A stretch of 64,000 nt of DNA from Fimbriimonadales bacterium. GTDB taxonomy: Bacteria > Armatimonadota > Fimbriimonadia > Fimbriimonadales > ATM1. The notes below the pieces were generated by a model. It made no database searches and was not told the origin of the DNA. It saw only the letters and a list, made by a program, of their open reading frames with translations. Shown here piece after piece: positions 1-9,562 of this stretch; the stretch's first letter is position 1; each line of letters starts with the position of its first letter. A program made the position numbers and the translations under genes. The stretch covers positions 1 to 64,000 of the forward strand of contig JBPCLO010000008.1 of assembly GCA_051003155.1 (NCBI GenBank), given 5' to 3'.

Positions 1-131
1 GATGCGAAGTTGAAGCCACCCGAGTCGACGTTGCTGCCGTATAGGGTGTAACCTGTCGTTCCGTTGTTCAAAAGGTCCTCGAAGTCGACGACCTGTGCAT
101 TCGATGCCACGGTCGCGGTTGCGAGCGCTGT
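1..131 (-). CDS. Partial secreted protein (PEP-CTERM-like N-terminus); continues off the window start, native 5' end apparently lost at the IS481 junction
   Basis: Minus strand reads TALATATVASNAQVVDFEDLLNNGTTGYTLYGSNVDSGGFNFAS: the end of a signal peptide plus a 'VVDFE' mature start resembling the PEP-CTERM protein at 1525-2223 (IIVDDFE). Upstream sequence is the antisense of transposase coding DNA. Confidence 0.5.
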
Positions 132-796
132 ACTCGCCTCAGCCTTGCGATTCGCCCGGTTAGGGACCAGACCCTGAACTCGGTCTGGCGCGTGTTGTGG
201 GACCTGTTTGGCGAGCATGGTTTGCCCAAGTGCTTGCTCTCGGACAACGGATCCGCCTTTCGCGCAGGAGCCGGGAACCTGCCGGGTGCCTTACGTGTAC
301 GGCTGATGCGCTTGGGCGTCGCCTCAGCTCACGGCCGCCCCTATCATCCGCAGACGCAGGGAAAGGTCGAGAACTTTAACGGGACTCTCCAGCGCGAACT
401 CGGGCCAGCCCTGCGGCAACCCACCCTGGAGGACGCCGCCCGCATTTCCGAGTGTTTTCGCTCTCGCTACAACTGGGAGCGTCCTCACGAAGCCCTCGAC
501 ATGAGGGTGCCCGGATCCCTGTACAAGCAATCGTCCCCCCCGCGTCCCGACCGCCTGCCCGATCATGAGATCGCCCCAACGTTCAGAGCCGGAAGGTCGA
601 TGACTTTGGGAACATCGGCTTCCGCTCTAGGCGACACAAGGTCGGACGCAGTCTAGCGGGCGAACGGGTAGTTATCGACGAAGGAGCGGCAGGGCTCGTA
701 GTGAAATACTTCGATGTCGAAATCGGCTTCCTGAACGACTTCGAGGTGCAAAGTATGTCTTGACACAAAGTGGCAAGGATCTCTTGGCACCCAACA
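129..796 (+). mobile_element. IS481-family insertion sequence remnant (5'-truncated, frameshifted DDE transposase, right end retained)
   Basis: rve motifs LLSDNG, RPYHPQTQGKVENFN and YNWERPHEAL in ORF 192-656. A frameshift near 580 continues as VQSRKVDDFGNIGF...SMS* (763). It ends in a repeated sub-terminal motif (gcaaagtatgtcttgacac / gcaaggatctcttggcac) and ...ACA at 796. Confidence 0.8.
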
Positions 797-853
797 GCTT
801 GCTGTGAATGGTAAATGGAAATTCTCTGCCCGCCCGACGCCTGTCCCTGGGGG

Positions 854-1474
854 TTAGTCGAGGACTTGGGTGGACTGCTGCCTGGCGGGAGCGAACGAAG
901 CGTTCTTCTCGACGAAGCGGGCGAAGCAGCTCTCCGTCGCGAGGGCCGCGGCGACGGCCACGTTCAGCGACTGCACAAGGCCGTACAGCGGTATGCCGAT
1001 GAGCTCGTCGCAAAGCGGGAGTACGTCCTCGTCGATGCCGAGCCATTCCTGCCCCAGGACGATCGCGGCCGGGTGTCGCCATTTCACGTGACGCAAGGGT
1101 GCGGATCGATCCGCGAGCGTGAGCCCGTAGACCGTGAACCCGTCGTGCTTCGCTTCTTGCACGGCTTGCGCCGTCTCCACCCACCGGTACGGCTGCCATT
1201 TGAGCGCCGCGAAGCCTCCCGAAAAGTCCCTTTCCTTGCGCCGCGAGACCGGCGAGAAGCAGACCTCCTCGGCGCGAAAGCACTCGGCGATGCGCAGAAC
1301 GTTGCCGTGGTTGATGCCTTTGTCGAGCGTGCAGCAGATGATGCGAATAGGTGCGCGAGGGAGGCCGGCGAAGCGGTCTCGCAGACCCGCGTCTGCGGCT
1401 TCGTACGAATCGCGGCGCACTGCTGCCTCGAGATTCTCCATCGCTTTCCTGGCTCCGGGAGACTCGATGGACAT
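854..1474 (-). CDS. SpoU/TrmH-family RNA methyltransferase
   Basis: SPOUT motifs NHGNVLR, IVLGQEWLG and SLNVAVAA. Confidence 0.85.
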   Translation of the reverse strand: MSIESPGARKAMENLEAAVRRDSYEAADAGLRDRFAGLPRAPIRIICCTLDKGINHGNVLRIAECFRAEEVCFSPVSRRKERDFSGGFAALKWQPYRWVETAQAVQEAKHDGFTVYGLTLADRSAPLRHVKWRHPAAIVLGQEWLGIDEDVLPLCDELIGIPLYGLVQSLNVAVAAALATESCFARFVEKNASFAPARQQSTQVLD

Positions 1475-1524
1475 GCCAGCACTGTACAGGAAGGCTTCGC
1501 GCCGGCGCGCAGGCGCGGTGAGGG

Positions 1525-2223
1525 CTAGCTCCTTCGCCTTGCAAGAATCAAGAGGGCAAGCCCTGCGCCGAAAGCGAAGATCGTGGCGGGCTCGGGCACG
1601 GCGACGATCTCCATCTCGGATAGCGTCAGTTCTCCGCTATCAAGGGCCTCGATGCTGACCCTGACGCCGCCGATCGAATCGTACATTCCTCCGCCGCTGA
1701 AGACGTTGAACGAGACGAACATGTAGCCGCTGCCTGTCGGGATCGGAATGAATTGGGATGAGACCGATTCGCTGAGGTCGGGATTGTATGCGTGGACATT
1801 GATCTGGAAGTCATTGCTGCCGCCGGTGTCGTAGCCGATTCTGAAGAAGTTGAGGCCGGTGAGATCGACCGGGGCATCGAATCCATTGAAATCCGTTGGC
1901 AGCAAAGTGCCGCTTCCCGCAGGCGGGACGCCGTCGGCGAGTGAACCGAGCCAGAAAACGTCGAAGAACGCGGAGTTCGTTACCGTTGCAATGAGGTTCC
2001 CGGTCGTTCCGGCAGTGCCGCGTACGCGTAGGGTTCCGCCCGTGTCGAATGCGGATACGGCGCGGGTGCCTCCGATCGTGCTGCCCTCGGGCAGGCCGGA
2101 CAGGCTGATGTACGAATCCGACAAGAACTCGTCGAACGGACCAGCTTCGAAGTCGTCGACAATGATCGCCGAGGCGCTGACGCTAACTGAAACCGCAATG
2201 AGAGCGGCATAGACCCTATTCAT
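1525..2223 (-). CDS. PEP-CTERM sorting-domain secreted protein
   Basis: Signal peptide MNRVYAALIAVSVSVSASA after RBS ggagg; C-terminal VPEPATIFAFGAGLALLILARRRS. Confidence 0.9.
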   Translation of the reverse strand: MNRVYAALIAVSVSVSASAIIVDDFEAGPFDEFLSDSYISLSGLPEGSTIGGTRAVSAFDTGGTLRVRGTAGTTGNLIATVTNSAFFDVFWLGSLADGVPPAGSGTLLPTDFNGFDAPVDLTGLNFFRIGYDTGGSNDFQINVHAYNPDLSESVSSQFIPIPTGSGYMFVSFNVFSGGGMYDSIGGVRVSIEALDSGELTLSEMEIVAVPEPATIFAFGAGLALLILARRRS

Positions 2224-2320
2224 GATTCCTCCTTTGCTTTTTGGGTAATCCCCGATGAATACTACCATGTGGCACCTTGAGCACCGATTAGTTCCGGGCG
2301 CGGTAACCTAGCCGCAGCCG

Positions 2321-4063
2321 ATGAGATTGGGATTCGATAGGCGGTTCGTCGACCAACTGAAACGACAGCGTCGCTCGCTGGCCCTTGGGCTGTTGTGTGT
2401 CCTCGGCGTGGCGCTCCTCGATCTTGCCCCGGCGGCGTTTATCAAGTGGGCCGTGGACGCAATCTCGACGTCGAACACCTATCAGGTCGGCATGATGTGC
2501 CTGTTCATCATCGCGCTATATTCGGTGAAGTATTGGTTCACCCGCGGGCAGATGTACTACCTTAGCGACGTCGCTCACAGGGTCACGGCGTCGCTTCGGC
2601 AGCAGCTGTTCTCGAAGCTGCAGTCGCTTCCGATCGCGTACTTCAACAACAAGCGCACGGGTGCGATCCAGAGCGTCATCACGAACGATGTGAACGTGAT
2701 TCAATCGGGCGTGCCTCTGGTTCGTGACGTGATTTCCGCCCCAATTCGGACGTTTGGTGGGCTGACGCTCATTCTGATCTTGAACTGGAAGCTCGCCCTT
2801 GTATCGTTCATTGCGGTTCCGCCCGTGGCATGGCTGATCATGCAGAATTCGCGCAAGGTCCGCAAGGCACAGGAGACGGTCCAGCAGAGCATGTCGGAGA
2901 TGACGGCGACGATGAACGAGTCGCTGGGCGCGGTGCGGGTCGTACGCGCGTTCTCGGCCGAGGAGCGGCAAAGCCAGAACTTCTCACTAGCCGTGGAGGC
3001 CACCTATGACAGCAATATGAAGGTCGTGGGACGGGTCGCGCGGCTCAAGCCACTCGTGGAGATTATCGGCGCGTTCGCGATCGCTATTATTTTCTACCTG
3101 GGCGGGATATTGGTTGCCCAGAAGGAGATGACCGCAGGGTCACTGCTCAGCTTCATCTACCTCCTCGACGTGATCAAGAACGGTGCGACCGGAATCGGCA
3201 ACATCAGCAGCGTCTATAGCCAGGTGCTAGCCGCGACCGACCATGTCTATGCAGAAGTGCTCGACGTCGAGTCGGATATGAAAGACGACGAAAACGCGAT
3301 TACGCTTCCGGACCCGAAGGGGCACGTCGAGTTCCAGGACGTAAGCTTCACATACCCCGATGGCACGCCGGCTCTGCATGGGGTGAGCTTCACGATAGAG
3401 CCCGGAACGAGCGCCGCCCTCGTTGGGCGCAGTGGAGCGGGCAAGAGCACGATCGCGGACCTCCTCCTTCGCTTTTATGACCCCACGTTGGGTGCCGTGA
3501 TTTTCGACGGGAACGATTTGAGGCGTTTGGATTCGCGTTGGCTGAGAAAGCAGATCGGGGTCGTACCGCAGCAGACGCTATTGTTTGCATCCACCATTCG
3601 TGAAAACATCACTTTCGGCAAGCCGGACGCGACCGACAAAGAGGTCAAGCAAGCAGCGCGCTCCGCGCATGCGGACGAGTTTATCTCCACCACGCCGGAC
3701 GGCTACGACACCGTATTGGGAGAGCGCGGCGTGCGGCTCTCGGGCGGCGAGATGCAAAGGGTCGCGATCGCGAGAGCGCTGCTCGTCGAGCCTAAGGTAA
3801 TGCTTCTCGATGAGGCGACCTCCTCACTCGACGCAATGAGCGAGCAGATAGTCCAGGAGGCTCTGGATGGAATTATGCGCGAGCGCACCACGCTGATCAT
3901 CGCCCACCGTTTGAGCACAGCGGCGCGGGCGGACCAGATTATCGTACTCAGCCAGGGCAGGATCGTAGAGAAGGGATCGCACTCGGAGCTGATATCGCTC
4001 AACGGGACCTACGCGGGTATGTATCGCGCTTTCAACGCCGGGCTGTTCGACGGCGCGCTATAG
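2321..4063 (+). CDS. MsbA-like ABC exporter (fused permease/ATPase)
   Basis: Multi-TM N-terminal domain; Walker A GRSGAGKS, signature LSGGE, Walker B LLDEAT. Confidence 0.9.
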   Translation: MRLGFDRRFVDQLKRQRRSLALGLLCVLGVALLDLAPAAFIKWAVDAISTSNTYQVGMMCLFIIALYSVKYWFTRGQMYYLSDVAHRVTASLRQQLFSKLQSLPIAYFNNKRTGAIQSVITNDVNVIQSGVPLVRDVISAPIRTFGGLTLILILNWKLALVSFIAVPPVAWLIMQNSRKVRKAQETVQQSMSEMTATMNESLGAVRVVRAFSAEERQSQNFSLAVEATYDSNMKVVGRVARLKPLVEIIGAFAIAIIFYLGGILVAQKEMTAGSLLSFIYLLDVIKNGATGIGNISSVYSQVLAATDHVYAEVLDVESDMKDDENAITLPDPKGHVEFQDVSFTYPDGTPALHGVSFTIEPGTSAALVGRSGAGKSTIADLLLRFYDPTLGAVIFDGNDLRRLDSRWLRKQIGVVPQQTLLFASTIRENITFGKPDATDKEVKQAARSAHADEFISTTPDGYDTVLGERGVRLSGGEMQRVAIARALLVEPKVMLLDEATSSLDAMSEQIVQEALDGIMRERTTLIIAHRLSTAARADQIIVLSQGRIVEKGSHSELISLNGTYAGMYRAFNAGLFDGAL

Positions 4064-4065
4064 CG

Positions 4066-5286
4066 ATGGCGATCGAGGCGGTGGGCATCGAAGCTGGCTA
4101 CGGCGGCGCGGCTGTGCTCAACTTCGTCTCATTCGAAATACAGCCGGGCGAACTGGTGGCGATCATCGGGCCGAACGGCTCCGGTAAGTCCACGCTCATT
4201 AGAGCCTTGTCGCGGACATTGCGGACGACCGCAGGCAGCGTACGTATCCTCGGTGACGACATTTATAGGCTTACGGCGAAGGAGGCTGCCCGGAGGGTCG
4301 CGGTCGTCCCCCAGCACGAAGATCAGATCTTCGACTTCACCGTCCGCGAGATCGTCGAGATGGGCAGATACGCACGGGACGGGGAGAGCGGCGGAGCGGT
4401 CGGTCGCGCTCTCCTGGCTACTTCATCGGGTGACCTTTCCGGGAGGCCGTTCAGCCAGCTAAGCGGCGGGGAGCGGCAAAGGGTCTTACTCGCCCGCGCG
4501 CTTGCTCAGGAAACGCCGATTCTTCTTCTCGATGAACCAACGGCGCACATGGACGTGGGCTACCAAATCGCAACGTTATCCTTGCTCCGCAAATGCGCCG
4601 GAGAAGGCAATGCGGTCGCAGCAGCGCTCCACGATTTGAACCTCGTTTCGGGATTCGCGGACAGGGTCATCCTGCTCCATGGTGGTAGGATCGCCGCTGA
4701 CGGCCCTACCGAGGACGTACTCGGAAGCGCGGAGATCGAACGGGTTTATGGAGCGACCTTCGAACGGGTTCGAGATAGTCGCACCGGCCGGACCGTATTG
4801 GTGCCGGAAATCGTTCCGGAGCGAGGGAAGACGTCGCGTCCCAGCAGGGTGCACCTTGTCGGCGGAGGAGGGTCTGCGGCCGCGCTTTTGACCGAGTTAT
4901 GGCAGCTGGGGCATCACGTTACGCTGGGAATCACGCAGGCCCTCGATTCCGATTACGAAGCCGCTCATCGGTTCGGAGTTTCGGCGGTGACGGCGCCACC
5001 GTTCACCACGATGGCGACCGAACATGTCGCCGAAGCGGCGGCGCTCGCGGAAGACGCAGAGTTCGTGGTTATCTGCGCGGCTCCATACGGCCGAGGCAAT
5101 TTGGCGAACCTCTCCTTGGCAGACCAATTGCTCGCAAAGGGAAAGCGCGTCATCGTGGTCGATCGGGGGGACGCGGAGTGGGATTTCGCCGGCGGAGATG
5201 CGGGTCGAGCCCTGGGTAGTTTGCTAGAGCATGGCGCCGAAACCACTGACATCGGTGAAGTTCGTGCCCGCTTGGAAACGGACTGA
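4066..5286 (+). CDS. FepC/BtuD-type ABC ATPase (cobalamin/Fe-siderophore class) with a C-terminal extra domain
   Basis: GPNGSGKS, LSGGERQR, LLDEPT and HDLN motifs; about 150-aa C-terminal extension beginning VHLVGGGGS. Confidence 0.85.
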   Translation: MAIEAVGIEAGYGGAAVLNFVSFEIQPGELVAIIGPNGSGKSTLIRALSRTLRTTAGSVRILGDDIYRLTAKEAARRVAVVPQHEDQIFDFTVREIVEMGRYARDGESGGAVGRALLATSSGDLSGRPFSQLSGGERQRVLLARALAQETPILLLDEPTAHMDVGYQIATLSLLRKCAGEGNAVAAALHDLNLVSGFADRVILLHGGRIAADGPTEDVLGSAEIERVYGATFERVRDSRTGRTVLVPEIVPERGKTSRPSRVHLVGGGGSAAALLTELWQLGHHVTLGITQALDSDYEAAHRFGVSAVTAPPFTTMATEHVAEAAALAEDAEFVVICAAPYGRGNLANLSLADQLLAKGKRVIVVDRGDAEWDFAGGDAGRALGSLLEHGAETTDIGEVRARLETD

Positions 5287-5359
5287 ATCCCCCTTGTACC
5301 GGGCCGCACAAAGGTGTCCGAAATGGAACCTTTTCCGGTCGGACGGTGTCTATAAAGAT

Positions 5360-5453
5360 GTAAGGAACAAGTTTCTACCAGACAAAACCCTCCATAAGCC
5401 CCTCTCCTCCCAAAGACCTCGGCAGAACCCTCTCCCGCCGGGGTCTTTTCTTT
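5360..5453 (+). ncRNA. Candidate small RNA (copy 1): CU-rich tract plus terminator hairpin
   Basis: GGAAC-N18-GTCTATAAA at 5325-5356; internal GGAACAAGTTTCTACC; ccctcc/ctctcctccc tract; 12-bp stem 5412-5448 with a CU-rich loop, then a T-tract. Confidence 0.45.
5412..5453. terminator. Intrinsic terminator hairpin, possibly bidirectional, between convergent genes
   Basis: aaagacctcggc-(13 nt)-gccggggtcttt followed by tcttt. Confidence 0.75.
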
Positions 5454-5456
5454 ACG

Positions 5457-6083
5457 TTAAACTAAATCGTCGAGCCCCGAAACGATGGTGTGCGCGCTTG
5501 ATAGATCCGCCTTCGGATCTCGCTCAACACCGACAACGTGGCAACCTGCGGCCAATGCGGAAGCAACGCCGGACCTAGAATCTTCGATCGCGACGCATTC
5601 GCGTGCGTCAAGGCCCAAGCGCCTGGCCGCCGTGAGGAACGCGTCCGGGTGCGGCTTGCCATTGGCGACTTCGCAGCCGCAGACGTATGCGCCGATTCGT
5701 TCCGCGACGAACGGGAACTTTTTGATGACTGTATCAAGGTACCACCACATCGAATTTGTCGCTACCGCAACAGGTAACCCGATTCTGGTGAGGCATGGCT
5801 GCGCGTCTGGAAACAGCCGCATGTTCGTGCGTACGCATTCGCTAAGCGCCGGCTTGTGTGCTTCCATAAACCTACCGAAGTCGAGTGTGATTCCCATACG
5901 CGATTCCAGGTCTAGGAGCATCGCGGCGTATGTCATTCCGGTATAGCGCTCAAGGTCGTCGATGGTGGCATCAAGGCCGAAGCCCCGCAGCGTTTCGACC
6001 TCCATACGCTTGTGCCAACGCTCGGAATCGAGCAGCGTGCCGTCTAGGTCGAAAATCACACCTTTGAAACCCGAGAGGTTCAT
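5457..6083 (-). CDS. HAD-superfamily phosphatase (beta-PGM-like)
   Basis: FDLDGTL, GKPHPD and IEDS motifs. Confidence 0.9.
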   Translation of the reverse strand: MNLSGFKGVIFDLDGTLLDSERWHKRMEVETLRGFGLDATIDDLERYTGMTYAAMLLDLESRMGITLDFGRFMEAHKPALSECVRTNMRLFPDAQPCLTRIGLPVAVATNSMWWYLDTVIKKFPFVAERIGAYVCGCEVANGKPHPDAFLTAARRLGLDARECVAIEDSRSGVASALAAGCHVVGVERDPKADLSSAHTIVSGLDDLV

Positions 6084-6108
6084 TGCGAAGCGTTATACTT
6101 GGATTGTG

Positions 6109-8070
6109 ATGATTGTCTCGTTGCTCCCCATTCTTTTGACTGCAGGATCTTCCCCGCAAGCCGACACACGCATGGACTGGTGGCGCGAAGCACGGTTCGG
6201 AATGTTTATCCATTGGGGTCTTTACGCGGTACCTGCCGGTAAATTCGGCTACAAGACCGGTTACGGCGAATGGATTCTCGACTCGGCGCAGATTCCCGTG
6301 TCCGCGTACGAACAATACCGTTCCAAATTCAATCCCGTGAAATTCGACCCGGACGCCTGGGTGAAGATGGCTAAGCAAGCCGGGATGAAGTACATCATTT
6401 TCACGACCAAGCATCACGACGGCTTCGCCCTTTTCGATTCGAAATACACCGCCTGGGATGTCATGGGCACGCCCTATCGACGCGACATCATGAAGCAACT
6501 CGCCGAGGCTTGCAAAAAGGGCGGCATCAAACTCGGCTGGTACCACTCGATCATGGACTGGCATCATCCCGATTACCTTCCGAGGCGAGGCTGGGAGTCG
6601 CGGCCGATCCGGGACGCGAGCTTCGACCGGTACGTCGCATACCTGCGGAACCAGGTGACGGAGCTCCTGACCAAGTACGGAGACATCGCGGTGATGTGGT
6701 TCGACGGGCAGTGGGAGGCAACCTGGAACCATCAATACGGGCAAGACCTCTACGACCTATGCAGAAAACTGCAGCCCGACATCATCGTCAACGACCGGGT
6801 AGACGTCGGCATCGTGGGAGACTATGGGACGCCCGAGCAGACCATCCCGGACGAGGCTCCTGGCGGTGACTGGGAAACCTGCATGACGATGAACCGGCAC
6901 TGGGGCTACAACGCCGCGGACAAGGAGTACAAGTCGTCCACGGATCTCATCCGTATGCTCTGCGACATCGCGTCGAAGGGCGGCAACTACCTACTCAACG
7001 TTGGACCCACGGCTTTGGGAAAGTTTCCACCGGAATCCGTCGAGAGACTCAAAGCGATCGGGGAGTGGATGCAGGTCAACGGGGAATCGATTTATGAAAC
7101 CTCCTCCTCGCCGATGAAGCAGCCACCGTGGGGCCGCGCGACCATGCGATCGGAAGGCGATAACTCGAAACTGTTCCTCCACGTGTTCGAATGGCCCAAG
7201 GACGGAAGGCTCGTGGTCCCGAATATCGGCAGCGAACCGATGGACGCGCGGTTCTTGGGTCAGAGGGACACGATCAAGCCGCGAGGCGACAAGCTGAACC
7301 TCATTCTGCCAATTCCGGCCAGGCCGCCTCATGAAGCTTGCTCGGTGCTCGTTCTGACGTTCCGCGGCGCACCGATCTTCTATGCCGACCCGAAGATCGA
7401 GGCCATATCGAGCATTTTCGTAGAGCGCCTCTCGGTGGAAATAGACGGCGGTTCTTCGCAACTGCAAACGAGGTACACCCTGGATGGCCCGGATCCCGGA
7501 CCTTCGTCGCCTGTTTACGGCAGGCCAATCGTTCTTTCTCGAGCGACAACGATAAAGGCGAGGACCTACCACCGTGGCGAGGCGGTGACGCCCGTCGTCG
7601 AGTCGACCTTCACGCGGGTTGAGCCATGGCCTGCCGGGCGGACCGGTGTGCTTCAGGCAGGGATTGAAGTCGGCATTTTCGAGGGACAGTGGACGACCGT
7701 ACTCGACTTTGCTAACCAGAAGCCGTCGACAGAGATGGTTGCGGCAACTTTCGCGCTGCCGGAGTCCCTGGTGCGGGACGATGTGGGTGCGAAGTTTACG
7801 GGCTATCTCCGAGTGCCGGCGGACGACATTTATCGCTTTGCCCTGTCCTCCGATGACGGCGCGCAACTCTGGATCGACGGCAACCTGGTGATCGACAACG
7901 ACGGATTGCATTCGATCGTCGAGAAATCGGGCGCAGCACCGCTGGCGCGAGGCGACCATTCCATACGGGTCGACTGGTTCAATGCGACCGGCGGTGCGCA
8001 GCTTGGGCTCAAATGGTCGCGCAGCGCCGAGCCCCTAGCGCCGGTTTCCAAGACGAGCCTGGGTCGCTGA
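6109..8070 (+). CDS. Alpha-L-fucosidase (GH29) with FN3-associated and PA14 domains
   Basis: WWREARFGMFIHWG, TTKHHDGF, WFDG and YLLNVGP motifs; C-terminal SDDG...NDGLH (PA14); short signal peptide. Confidence 0.9.
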   Translation: MIVSLLPILLTAGSSPQADTRMDWWREARFGMFIHWGLYAVPAGKFGYKTGYGEWILDSAQIPVSAYEQYRSKFNPVKFDPDAWVKMAKQAGMKYIIFTTKHHDGFALFDSKYTAWDVMGTPYRRDIMKQLAEACKKGGIKLGWYHSIMDWHHPDYLPRRGWESRPIRDASFDRYVAYLRNQVTELLTKYGDIAVMWFDGQWEATWNHQYGQDLYDLCRKLQPDIIVNDRVDVGIVGDYGTPEQTIPDEAPGGDWETCMTMNRHWGYNAADKEYKSSTDLIRMLCDIASKGGNYLLNVGPTALGKFPPESVERLKAIGEWMQVNGESIYETSSSPMKQPPWGRATMRSEGDNSKLFLHVFEWPKDGRLVVPNIGSEPMDARFLGQRDTIKPRGDKLNLILPIPARPPHEACSVLVLTFRGAPIFYADPKIEAISSIFVERLSVEIDGGSSQLQTRYTLDGPDPGPSSPVYGRPIVLSRATTIKARTYHRGEAVTPVVESTFTRVEPWPAGRTGVLQAGIEVGIFEGQWTTVLDFANQKPSTEMVAATFALPESLVRDDVGAKFTGYLRVPADDIYRFALSSDDGAQLWIDGNLVIDNDGLHSIVEKSGAAPLARGDHSIRVDWFNATGGAQLGLKWSRSAEPLAPVSKTSLGR

Positions 8071-8937
8071 ATGGATCTCTTAGCGGTTTGGGACTTCGAC
8101 GACCCGGCTGAGAGCGAAGCAAAGTTTCGCTCGCTATTGCCGACCGGTGACGCAGGTATCGATGCCGAAGTAACGACCCAGATTGCGCGTTCATTGGGCT
8201 TGCAGCTTAGGTTCGAGGAGGCACGCTTGCTAATCTCGACCGTGCGCGAAGCTCAGGGCCGTGCGCTCGTTCGATATCACCTGGAGAAGGGGCGAATTGC
8301 CAACTCCTCGGGCGATCCGAAAGCGTCGATTCCCGATTTCGAGCAGGCGTTCCAGCTCGCCGAGGAGCTTGGCGAGGAGTACCTTGTCGTCGATGCCGCG
8401 CATATGCTTGGGATCGTAGAGGAACCGGTCGGCGCCCTCGATTGGAACTATCGTGCAATTGGCATGGCGGAGGCCGCGAGCGATGAGAATGCAAGGGGAT
8501 GGCTGGGCAGCCTGTACAACAACACGGGCTGGACGCTTCATGGTCAAGGACGCTTCAATGAGGCCCGAAGCCTGTTCGAGAAGGCATTGGCATTTCGCGT
8601 CGAACAGGGCAAGGCCGGACCTATCCGGGTCGCGAAGTGGAGTGTGGGGCGATGCTTGAGGTCCCTCGGCCGCATCGACGAGGCGTTCGAGATACAGTAC
8701 GAGTTGCTCAAGAGGAAACATGACGGCTGCGTGTGCGAGGAGCTGGGCGAGCTTCAGCTCGTTAGGGGAAGATCTGAGCTAGCTGCCAAATGGTTCGGTA
8801 GGGCATACGAGGAGCTATCGCAGGACCCTTGGCTGTCCGCAGACGAACCTGAGCGGCTGGATCGAATGAAGGGGCTAGCCGAATCAATAATTCCGATCGA
8901 AGAACGAAACTACGGGTGCAACGAAACACGTAGATAG
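8071..8937 (+). CDS. Tetratricopeptide-repeat protein
   Basis: Helical TPR-like repeats (LYNNTGW...EARSLFEKAL). Confidence 0.7.
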   Translation: MDLLAVWDFDDPAESEAKFRSLLPTGDAGIDAEVTTQIARSLGLQLRFEEARLLISTVREAQGRALVRYHLEKGRIANSSGDPKASIPDFEQAFQLAEELGEEYLVVDAAHMLGIVEEPVGALDWNYRAIGMAEAASDENARGWLGSLYNNTGWTLHGQGRFNEARSLFEKALAFRVEQGKAGPIRVAKWSVGRCLRSLGRIDEAFEIQYELLKRKHDGCVCEELGELQLVRGRSELAAKWFGRAYEELSQDPWLSADEPERLDRMKGLAESIIPIEERNYGCNETRR

Positions 8938-8950
8938 TGCATTGGTGCAC
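8937..8950. promoter_or_regulatory. Candidate TetR operator
   Basis: Perfect inverted repeat GTGCA-ttgg-TGCAC directly before the TetR ATG. Confidence 0.4.
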
Positions 8951-9562
8951 ATGATGGTCGCAACCGAAACAGATGTACGCAGCGCGGTTCTCGACGCAAC
9001 AGAGCGTCTGCTCGGGCGGTACGGCTACCAGAAGATGACAATGGACGACATCGCCGCCGAAGCGGGCGTCGGTCGCCGCACCATCTACCTCCACTTCACA
9101 GGAAAGCAAGAAGTGGCGCTTTCTACCATCGATCGCATCGTTGCAGCCGTGCACACAGAGCTTGCCCAGATCGCCCGGTCGCGCCTCTGTCCTGAGGAGA
9201 AAATAAAGGCGATGTTACGGGCAAGAGTCCTGATCCGGGTCGACCGTGTGCACGACTATTACCGAAGCCTCGACGAGATACTCAGTTCGCTTCGGCCGCA
9301 ATTTATGGAGCGCCGACGCGGATACTTTGCGGCAGAAGCTGCCATGTTCGCCGAAGTCCTCGAAAGCGGAATAAGGGCGTGTGTGTTTGGGTTCGACGAT
9401 GCCCTAGATACGGCCAACGTCCTCTTGACCGCAACAAATTCGCTCTTGCCTCATAGCCTGACTGTTAGAGAAATGAGCGAGGGGTTGAAAATAGAGGAAA
9501 GAACAAATCAGGTTTCTGAATTCCTTGTAAAAGGGCTTACGAATAAAGGAGATAAATCGTGA
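8951..9562 (+). CDS. TetR/AcrR-family transcriptional regulator
   Basis: HTH: GYQKMTMDDIAAEAGVGRRTIYLHFTGK. Confidence 0.9.
   Translation: MMVATETDVRSAVLDATERLLGRYGYQKMTMDDIAAEAGVGRRTIYLHFTGKQEVALSTIDRIVAAVHTELAQIARSRLCPEEKIKAMLRARVLIRVDRVHDYYRSLDEILSSLRPQFMERRRGYFAAEAAMFAEVLESGIRACVFGFDDALDTANVLLTATNSLLPHSLTVREMSEGLKIEERTNQVSEFLVKGLTNKGDKS

Noticed and set aside
672..1544. Long overlapping ORFs 672-1544 (-) and 815-1528 (+)
   Set aside because: Shadow frames of the SpoU methyltransferase; Arg-rich and motif-free, as expected in GC-rich DNA.
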